Shown here: positions 56,648 through 64,000 of the stretch, in pieces | Numbering within the stretch: the first letter of the stretch is position 1 | Layout of the letters: every line of letters starts with the position of its first letter | Source of the DNA: Candidatus Cryptobacteroides sp. | GTDB taxonomy: Bacteria; Bacteroidota; Bacteroidia; Bacteroidales; UBA932 | Assembly (NCBI GenBank): GCA_045599725.1 | Contig: JAZRWN010000113.1 | Span: forward strand, 1,966-65,965 | Length of the DNA stretch: 64,000 bases | Direction of reading: 5' to 3' | The notes under the pieces: generated by a model | The model's database searches: none | The model's input: only the letters and a program-made list of their open reading frames with translations | What the model was told of the DNA's origin: nothing | Translations under genes and position numbers: made by a program

Positions 56648-58098
56648 ATATTAAGGCGATAAGCAGAAATGTAGGTTACGCGCTGCTCGTGAGCGCGCTG
56701 TTCATGTTCCTGTCGATATTGGTATCGGTGGCGAACGGCAATGACAGCGCACTTGCCGCCCTTATCATTTCCTTCACCATCACCTTCACCGTAGGCATCT
56801 TCCCTTTCATCTTTGTCAGGAAGACTCCTGCCATCACACTTAAGGAAGGCTATCTCATAATTGTCCTTTCGTGGTTGCTCTCCTTTATCTTCGGAATGCT
56901 TCCTTATGCCTTGTGGGGAGGGCCGTTCACTGTCATAAACGCTTGGTTTGAAAGTGTTTCCGGTTTCACTACCACAGGTTCTACGATATTGGACGACATA
57001 GAGTCGCTTCCAGATTCCCTGCTTTTCTGGCGTAGTTCGACACATTTCATCGGAGGTCTGGGAGTCGTGGTGTTCCTGCTCCTCATCATCCCTTCCGCCA
57101 GCCCTATCAGACTGAGACTCACGAACATGGAACTGTCCTCCCTGTCGAAAGGAGGGTACAATGTCCGGGCGAACAAGACGGTCTATATCTTCGCCTATGT
57201 CTATCTGGCCATAGGTGCGGCTGCATTCATCTGCTACTGGGCTGCCGGGATGACGCCGTTCGACGCCATCAATCATGCTTTCAGTGTGTGCGCGACCGGA
57301 GGATTCAGCACAAGGAACATGTCCATAGCCGCATATGACTCCAGACTTATCGAAGGCATGACGATGTTCTTCATGTATGTGGCGTCCATTCATTTCGGCC
57401 TGGTCTTCATGACTTTCGCCACAAGGTCCCTCCGTCCGCTGAATAATCCCGTGCTGAAGTTCTATACCGCCGCTCTGGCCATTTTCGCCATCGGCCTGGC
57501 ACTGTCCCTCAAGACCCAGGACCTTTCACCGACCTGGGGCAGAGCTCTCTGGGACGGCACGTTCAGTGTGCTCAGCATCGCGTCGACTACTGGATTTGCG
57601 ACTGTGGACAATTCGAACTGGCCGATGCAGGCCAGCATCATCACTTTGTTTCTCGGTGTGATGTGCGGATGTGCCGGCTCGACCACAGGCGGTATCAAGG
57701 CTGACCGCGCTCTCGTGCTTCTGAAAGCCATTGCCAAGCAGGTTCAGCAGATTCTCCACCCTTCCGCGGTGAAGGAGATCAAGCTCGGAAACCATCTGCT
57801 GCGCGACGAAGAGGTCACTCCTCAGCTCCTGTACATCACCCTTTACGGCGTCATGCTCGCGATATCAGTCTTCCTCTGCCTTTTCATCGGAGTGTCCACG
57901 CATAACGCTTTCGCCGCCACAGTGTCGTCACTGGGCAATGTCGGTCCGGCGGTGGAGGAACTCGGTTCGATGGGTAGTTTCAACAGCGTGCCGACGGCGG
58001 CCAAGTTCGTCTATACCATGGACATGTTCCTCGGCCGTATCGAGATATATCCTGTCCTTGCCGTGGTGGCGATGATTTTCTCAAGAAACAAGAAATGA
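56644..58098 (+). CDS. trkH: TrkH-family K+ uptake membrane protein
   Basis: FESVSGFTTTG, ATGGFS, STTGF, GSTTGGIK, LGNVGP, GRIE. Confidence 0.94.
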   Translation: MNIKAISRNVGYALLVSALFMFLSILVSVANGNDSALAALIISFTITFTVGIFPFIFVRKTPAITLKEGYLIIVLSWLLSFIFGMLPYALWGGPFTVINAWFESVSGFTTTGSTILDDIESLPDSLLFWRSSTHFIGGLGVVVFLLLIIPSASPIRLRLTNMELSSLSKGGYNVRANKTVYIFAYVYLAIGAAAFICYWAAGMTPFDAINHAFSVCATGGFSTRNMSIAAYDSRLIEGMTMFFMYVASIHFGLVFMTFATRSLRPLNNPVLKFYTAALAIFAIGLALSLKTQDLSPTWGRALWDGTFSVLSIASTTGFATVDNSNWPMQASIITLFLGVMCGCAGSTTGGIKADRALVLLKAIAKQVQQILHPSAVKEIKLGNHLLRDEEVTPQLLYITLYGVMLAISVFLCLFIGVSTHNAFAATVSSLGNVGPAVEELGSMGSFNSVPTAAKFVYTMDMFLGRIEIYPVLAVVAMIFSRNKK

Positions 58099-59531
58099 TG
58101 GACAGGGGAGAACAACTGTACAATCTTTTCCTTTCTAACCTCGGGCATGAGCCCACGTCCTGTCAGAGCCGGCTCCTTCGTGGTGCAGGTGACTTTCTAA
58201 CTGGAGATGACGCGGACATCATGGTTGTGAACGGTTATGCCGGTACCGGCAAGACTACCGCTCTCTCCGCAGTCATAAAGTCCCTTGCAGGGCTGAAGGT
58301 CCCGTGCGTGCTTCTTGCACCTACCGGACGGGCTGCAAAGGTTCTTGCATCTTATTCCGGACGCAGAGCATATACGGTCCACAAGCATATCTACCGTCAG
58401 AAATCTGTCGGCAATGACGGTTTCGGACAGTTCTCCCTCGCACCGAACAAGGCCAGGAGCACTTTGTTTGTCGTTGACGAAGTCTCCCTAATAGGCATAG
58501 ACTCCGCACAGCAGCAGTCTTCCACCGCCTTCGGCACAGGCAATCTCCTCGAAGACCTTGTGAGCTTTGTCCGTTCCGGCACGGACTGCCGCCTGATTCT
58601 GGTCGGGGATGGCGCCCAGCTGCCGCCGATTGGTCTCGACTGCAGTCCGGCTTTGTCCAAGGAGTATATGGACGGATTCGGGGGAGTGGTGTACGAAACC
58701 CTGGAGACTGTGGTCCGGCAGGCAGAGGAGTCCGGTGTTCTCCACAATGCCACGATGCTCCGTGAGATTATAGCGGAGAGTGATGAGGATGGTTTTTTTG
58801 AAGGGATCCAGCTTGATATCAGCGGTTTTGACGATATAGAAAGGGTTTCGGGCGGAGAACTTATCGAGAAGGTTTCAGACGCATATGCCACGTACGGTGA
58901 GGACGAGACCATAATCCTCTGTCGTTCGAACAAAAGAGCCATCAGATACAATCTTGGCATCCGCTCGACCGTCCAGTTCAAGGAGGAGCGTCTTGTCAGA
59001 GGTGACAAGCTGATGATAGTCAAGAACTGCTACCAGTTCCTGGAGGATATAGAGGAACTTGACTACATAGCCAATGGAGACATAGCCAGACTGGAGGGGA
59101 TCAAGCATTATGTGGACAGATATGGTCTCCATTTCGCTGACGCCACTCTTTCCTTCCCGGACTACAATGATGTCGAGATCACTGCGAAAGTTTGTCTGGA
59201 CACTCTTGAGTCGGAGTCCGCTTCGCTTACCTACGAGCAGCAGAATGCGCTGTATGCGGGGGTCAGCGCCGACTATGCGGACCGGGGCAGCAGGAAAAAG
59301 ATTTATGAGGCTGTCCGTGAAGACAAGTTCTACAATGCTCTTCAGCTCAAGTATGCCAACGCCATAACTTGTCACAAATCTCAGGGAGGTCAGTGGAAAT
59401 GCGTCTTCATCGACTGCCCGTTCTGGCAGGAGGAACAGACCCTCGATGATCTGAAATGGCTTTACACGGCTCTGACAAGAGGTGTGGAGAAAGTCTATCT
59501 GGTGAATTTCAAGGACAGCATGTTCATCTGA
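58095..59531 (+). CDS. RecD-like SF1 ATP-dependent helicase
   Basis: GYAGTGKT, LAPTGRAAK, VDEVS, GDGAQLPPI, VRQ, AITCHKSQG, LYTALTR. Confidence 0.9.
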   Translation: MMDRGEQLYNLFLSNLGHEPTSCQSRLLRGAGDFLTGDDADIMVVNGYAGTGKTTALSAVIKSLAGLKVPCVLLAPTGRAAKVLASYSGRRAYTVHKHIYRQKSVGNDGFGQFSLAPNKARSTLFVVDEVSLIGIDSAQQQSSTAFGTGNLLEDLVSFVRSGTDCRLILVGDGAQLPPIGLDCSPALSKEYMDGFGGVVYETLETVVRQAEESGVLHNATMLREIIAESDEDGFFEGIQLDISGFDDIERVSGGELIEKVSDAYATYGEDETIILCRSNKRAIRYNLGIRSTVQFKEERLVRGDKLMIVKNCYQFLEDIEELDYIANGDIARLEGIKHYVDRYGLHFADATLSFPDYNDVEITAKVCLDTLESESASLTYEQQNALYAGVSADYADRGSRKKIYEAVREDKFYNALQLKYANAITCHKSQGGQWKCVFIDCPFWQEEQTLDDLKWLYTALTRGVEKVYLVNFKDSMFI

Positions 59532-59545
59532 CCTGAGGCTGTGTG

Positions 59546-60709
59546 TCAGATTCTGGATGTGACGAGCATGATGCGCTTCGTCCCGGACAGGAAATCTGCC
59601 GTGCAGGCGAATATATGGGTGTCTCCTCCTGATGCGACGCCCATCTTCTTTCTGAGTTCATCGCTGGATACAGGAAGGTTGCGGGAGGTCACCTCGCACC
59701 GCGGAAACTCTTTTCCCAGGGCTTTGGCTGTCTTGCCGTCAAACGGGACGATTCTGCTGATTCTGAATACTTTGCCATATTTCTCCAGACCTTCTGGCTG
59801 TGAGCCGGCAAGGTACAGATGCGTGAAACGGCCGAATTTCTCAAGCCCGAATCTTCCGCATACCAAGTTGAAGCAGCCGGCTTTGAGCAATGATGGTGAA
59901 GGTTCGAAGAGACAGGCGCCGTTGCCGATGGATCCAGCGTCATCGGCAAATGCCGGAGTTGTCTCCTCCTCCTCCGCGAGAGTGAATCTGATATCCTTGA
60001 AGACAATGGTGGGTTCTCCGTCCCAGCTGCGCTGCATCCAGACAAGCAGTTCCTTGCATTCTCCTTCCGCCTCGACCACATGAATCTCCCTGACTTGCCG
60101 CCCCAGCCTTCTGCAGACCATTGTGATGTCTGCCATCGGCGACAGTTTCACGAGCATGTCGGGAGCAATCGCGAGCAGCTCGTCCTTCAGTGTGAGGATG
60201 TCCGGGCTGCAGTCCTCGAGCAGGAATACCTTCTTCCCCGTGCCGCTTCTTCTGGCGGGGTCAACGAAGATGATGTCGGGATTTTTGCCGCAGGCGGCAG
60301 TCACCTCAGCGACTTTCCCTGCCGTGACTTCAATGCTGGAGAAACTGGCGTTTGAGACTCCCAGAGCGGCAAAATTAGCCTGGACGGCCTCTGAAAGTTC
60401 CTGATTCATCTCGTTGTGATGGACATGCGCCGCCATCTGGCTGAAAGCCCAGCAGTCCACGCCGAGACCGCCTGTCAGGTCGCAGATCACCGGTCTGTAG
60501 GCAGAGGCATTGTCCGGCCTCCGCTGAAAGATGGTTGAAGCGAGCGCCGCCTTGTAACGGGCGGTGGCTGACGAACTGCACTGCTCCATGGACAGACGGG
60601 TAGGGAATGACAGTCCCTGCACGCCGCTCCATTCAGGCACTTTCCTGCTCATGCGTGCCAGAAAGTCCGAGTCAATCCCGTTCAGAATTTCCTTGAAAGT
60701 CATGCTCAT
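59546..60709 (-). CDS. SAM-dependent methyltransferase with THUMP-like C-terminus
   Basis: EQCSS..TARYK, DLTGGLGVD, DPARR, KLSPM, ECKEL. Confidence 0.85.
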   Translation of the reverse strand: MSMTFKEILNGIDSDFLARMSRKVPEWSGVQGLSFPTRLSMEQCSSSATARYKAALASTIFQRRPDNASAYRPVICDLTGGLGVDCWAFSQMAAHVHHNEMNQELSEAVQANFAALGVSNASFSSIEVTAGKVAEVTAACGKNPDIIFVDPARRSGTGKKVFLLEDCSPDILTLKDELLAIAPDMLVKLSPMADITMVCRRLGRQVREIHVVEAEGECKELLVWMQRSWDGEPTIVFKDIRFTLAEEEETTPAFADDAGSIGNGACLFEPSPSLLKAGCFNLVCGRFGLEKFGRFTHLYLAGSQPEGLEKYGKVFRISRIVPFDGKTAKALGKEFPRCEVTSRNLPVSSDELRKKMGVASGGDTHIFACTADFLSGTKRIMLVTSRI

Positions 60710-60775
60710 TTTCTTTGTGCAAAGGTACAAATTACTTATATTTGTTAAATAGAATAACACTACGAATTGCCGATT

Positions 60776-62332
60776 ATGAAGAGAACACTTTTATCAATTT
60801 TTATCGCGGCACTGATGTGCCTGCCTTGTCTGAAAACAAACGCCCAGGCCCTGAATACCCGTGTCAGCGTTACGGGTGGCTTGATCGAAGGCGTCGCGCA
60901 GGATGGAATGTTCGTTTACAAAGGAATACCTTTCGCAGCCCCTCCTGTGGGTGATTTGAGGTGGAAGGCTCCTCAGCCCGTCATCGCTTGGGAAGGCGTG
61001 CGTCCTGCCGACAAGTTCAGCAGCGATCCTGTCCAGGCGATGGGTGGCGGCAGCGAGGATTGCCTTTATCTGAACATCTGGTCTCCTGCCAGGAGCGTGA
61101 CCGACAAGGTGCCTGTGATGGTATGGATTTTCGGCGGCGGATTCGCCATGGGCGGCGCTTCACAGTTCGACGGCACCGCACTCGCTCAGAAGGGTGTTGT
61201 TCTTGTTACAGTCAACTACCGCGTAGGAACGATGGGATTCTTCGCTCATCCTGAACTCAGCGCGGAGAATCCGCAGCATGTTTCCGGCAACTATGGCATC
61301 CTGGACCAGATAGCCAGCCTCCAGTGGGTTAAGGACAATATCGCCGCCTTCGGCGGTGATCCGGACAATGTCACCATATTCGGCGAGTCAGCCGGCGCCA
61401 TTTCAGTCAGCATGCTTTGCGCTTCTCCTCTGGCAAAAGGCCTTTTCCGCAGGGCGATATCCCAGAGCGGCGGCTCTTTCGCTCCTGCCAGAAAGACTCC
61501 TTTCCCGGGCGAGAATATGCGCCTGATGGCCGATGTGGAGCAGGAGGGTCTCGAGAAGATGCAGAAACTCGGGTGTACTTCGATTGCCGATATGAGGGCT
61601 CTTGAGCCAAGGGCTTTGGGCGGCGGTTTCTCAATGGCGGGCGGCGCATGGCCTCTTGTCGACGGCTATGTCATCCCCGGGGACCAGCACACCATGTATG
61701 CGGAAGGGAACTACAACAATGTCGATATCCTCGTCGGTTACAATTCCGATGAAGGTCTGAGCTTCGGCGCGACCACTGACCCCGTGCGCCATGTCGCTGA
61801 AGTGCAGACCAGATACAGCGGATTTGCAGACGCTCTGTTGAAAGCATACCCGATCACCGAAACGTCAGTTCCAAAGAGCGGCCGCAACCTCACCCGTGAC
61901 GTGGGCTTCGGCTGGCATTCTTGGATATGGGCTTGCCTGCAGGCCCGGAAGGGTGGTTCCAATGTCTATCTGTACTATTTCGACCAGCACCCGGACTATC
62001 CTGAAGGCTCTGCCAAATACGGCCAGGGATCACCTCACGGCCAGGATGTCGATTTCGTCTTCGGAAGGCTCAGGGAGAATACCGATGTATCGACGGACCA
62101 TGCGTTGTCGGAGATCATGATGACATACTGGACCAACTTCGCGAAGACGGGAAACCCTAATGGCGAAGGTGTGCCGGAGTGGCCCGGATTCACCGGGGAA
62201 GGCGGACAGGTGATGAACCTCACCGGTGATGCTCCTTTCGCCGGCCCTGTTCACGAAGAGGCCGGGATGAAGGTGCTCAGCAAATATTTCGAGTGGCGCC
62301 GTTCTCCTGAAGGACAGGCATATGAGAAATAA
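60776..62332 (+). CDS. Exported type-B carboxylesterase
   Basis: Signal peptide; GIPFAAPPVGDLRW, EDCLYLN, GGGF, FGESAG (nucleophile), DEG, SPHG. Confidence 0.92.
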   Translation: MKRTLLSIFIAALMCLPCLKTNAQALNTRVSVTGGLIEGVAQDGMFVYKGIPFAAPPVGDLRWKAPQPVIAWEGVRPADKFSSDPVQAMGGGSEDCLYLNIWSPARSVTDKVPVMVWIFGGGFAMGGASQFDGTALAQKGVVLVTVNYRVGTMGFFAHPELSAENPQHVSGNYGILDQIASLQWVKDNIAAFGGDPDNVTIFGESAGAISVSMLCASPLAKGLFRRAISQSGGSFAPARKTPFPGENMRLMADVEQEGLEKMQKLGCTSIADMRALEPRALGGGFSMAGGAWPLVDGYVIPGDQHTMYAEGNYNNVDILVGYNSDEGLSFGATTDPVRHVAEVQTRYSGFADALLKAYPITETSVPKSGRNLTRDVGFGWHSWIWACLQARKGGSNVYLYYFDQHPDYPEGSAKYGQGSPHGQDVDFVFGRLRENTDVSTDHALSEIMMTYWTNFAKTGNPNGEGVPEWPGFTGEGGQVMNLTGDAPFAGPVHEEAGMKVLSKYFEWRRSPEGQAYEK

Positions 62333-62381
62333 ATGATTATCCTTATATTTGTTAATGTGGTTAATAATACAGGATTGATTT

Positions 62382-64000
62382 ATGAGAGATTACAAAGAAG
62401 TGGCCGAAAGCTGGCTGACAGGAGATTTTGATCCCGAAACCAAATGTAAGATAGTTGAACTCAGAAACTCTGACCCAGCCGGGTTTGAGGACGCATTCTA
62501 CAAGAACCTCGAGTTCGGAACAGGCGGTCTTCGCGGAATAATGGGCGTCGGAACCAACCGTATGAACAAATATACGGTCGGAATGGCCACCCAGGGACTC
62601 GCGAACTATATCCTGAAGCATGTAGAGGGCGATGACATCAAGGTAGTCATATCATATGATTCCAGGAACAACAGCAAGGAGTTCGCAAAGATCACCGCTG
62701 ATGTCCTTTCTGCAAACGGTATCCATGTGTTCATCTTCGACAATATCCGTCCTACTCCAGAGATGAGTTATGCGGTGCGTCTCAAGGGCGCTGTCGCAGG
62801 AGTCATGATCACGGCCTCCCATAATCCGAAGGAATATAACGGTTATAAAGTTTCCTGGTCCGACGGCGGTCAGGTGACCTCTCCAGTGGACAAGGAGATT
62901 GTGGATGAGGTGTCGAAGATCACTGACCCGTCCCAGGTGAAGTTCTCTTCCGATACCAGATGCGGAAGCATCGACATCATGGGCAAGGATGTGGATGAAC
63001 TTTATCTAAGGGACCTTCTCAGCCTCTCGCTCAGTCCTGAAGCCTGCGCAAAGCACGGGGACTTGAAGATAGTCTATACACCTCTCCATGGCTGCGGTGT
63101 AAGGCTGGTGCCGGAAATCTTGAAGAGAAACGGATTCAGCAATATCATCCATGTCCCTGAACAGGACATCTCCGACGGAGATTTCCCGACTGTCGTCTCT
63201 CCGAACCCGGAGGAACACTCCGCTCTCGAACTTGCCCTCGCGAAGGCTGAGGAGACTGGTGCCGACCTTGTCATGGCCACTGATCCCGATGCCGACAGAA
63301 TGGGTATCGCCGTCCGTGACAACGATGGCCGCATGGTGCTTATGAACGGCAACCAGACCGCGTCCATGCTGACATACTATGTCCTGAGAAGATGGAAGGA
63401 ACTCGGAAAGATCGATGGCACCAAGTATGTCGTCAAGACCATAGTCACCACTGAACTCATCGCTGATATCTGCAGGAGTTTCAATGTCCCGATATACAAT
63501 GTCCTCACCGGTTTCAAGTACATCGCCGAGGTGGTCAAGAAAGAAGAGGCCAAGGGCAATGAGTTCATCTGCGGAGGCGAAGAGAGTTACGGCTTCAATG
63601 TCGGCCAGTTCGTGCGTGACAAGGACGCCCAGGTCTCCTGCATGATGCTGGCCGAGTGCGCTGCATGGGCCGCTGATCAGGGCATGACCCTCTATCAGCT
63701 CATGGAAATGATATATTCCGAGTACGGCTACCGCAAGGAAGGCCTCACCAGCCTTGTCCGCAAGGGTCTTACAGGTGCTGCCGAAATCCAGAACCTGATG
63801 GCCGGTTTCCGTAACGATCCTCCGAAGGAAATGTGCGGCTCGCCTGTAGTCAAGATCATTGACTATCTTGAACCGGAGAAGACAGGACAGCCTAAGTCGA
63901 ATGTCCTTCAGTTCTTCGACGAAGCCGGGGATGTCGTGTCCGTCCGTCCGTCCGGAACAGAGCCGAAGATAAAGTTCTACTTCGGCGCAAAGGGAGCGGA
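62382..64000 (+). CDS. pgm: Phosphoglucomutase/phosphomannomutase (3'-truncated; not in ORF track)
   Basis: Manual translation: FGTGGLRG, ITASHNPKEYNGYK, DPDADR, GEESYG, RPSGTEPKIKFY; no stop before window end. Confidence 0.95.
   Translation, partial: MRDYKEVAESWLTGDFDPETKCKIVELRNSDPAGFEDAFYKNLEFGTGGLRGIMGVGTNRMNKYTVGMATQGLANYILKHVEGDDIKVVISYDSRNNSKEFAKITADVLSANGIHVFIFDNIRPTPEMSYAVRLKGAVAGVMITASHNPKEYNGYKVSWSDGGQVTSPVDKEIVDEVSKITDPSQVKFSSDTRCGSIDIMGKDVDELYLRDLLSLSLSPEACAKHGDLKIVYTPLHGCGVRLVPEILKRNGFSNIIHVPEQDISDGDFPTVVSPNPEEHSALELALAKAEETGADLVMATDPDADRMGIAVRDNDGRMVLMNGNQTASMLTYYVLRRWKELGKIDGTKYVVKTIVTTELIADICRSFNVPIYNVLTGFKYIAEVVKKEEAKGNEFICGGEESYGFNVGQFVRDKDAQVSCMMLAECAAWAADQGMTLYQLMEMIYSEYGYRKEGLTSLVRKGLTGAAEIQNLMAGFRNDPPKEMCGSPVVKIIDYLEPEKTGQPKSNVLQFFDEAGDVVSVRPSGTEPKIKFYFGAKGA

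Overview
64 kb of mostly housekeeping chromosome from a Bacteroidales-type bacterium. The lineage call rests on TAnnTTTG -7 promoter boxes before many genes, a SusC/SusD pair and a split 5'-nucleotidase; a gut or rumen lifestyle is inferred from a GH3 lipoprotein, an exported carboxylesterase and a Vor operon. It runs from a 5'-truncated polA to a 3'-truncated phosphoglucomutase and includes rpmH and tRNA-Ser(GGA), both absent from the ORF track. No CRISPR array, rRNA, transposase or prophage was seen. Most notable: (1) an XRE-HTH/cupin regulator fused to an acyl-CoA synthetase, heading a four-subunit Vor-type 2-oxoacid:ferredoxin oxidoreductase operon; (2) a 99-nt four-way-junction structure with a perfect 26-bp palindrome just 3' of tRNA-Ser, next to a CGTC-type REP doublet; (3) a CAZyme-free susC-susD-histidine phosphatase locus with 21-bp-spaced direct repeats upstream; (4) a 14-kb mosaic glycan locus with YfhO, Wzx, CDP-polyol/TagF-like genes, a tandem GT32 duplication and gene remnants; (5) an output-less membrane sensor translationally coupled to trkH. 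All product calls come from motif recognition by eye; no searches were run.
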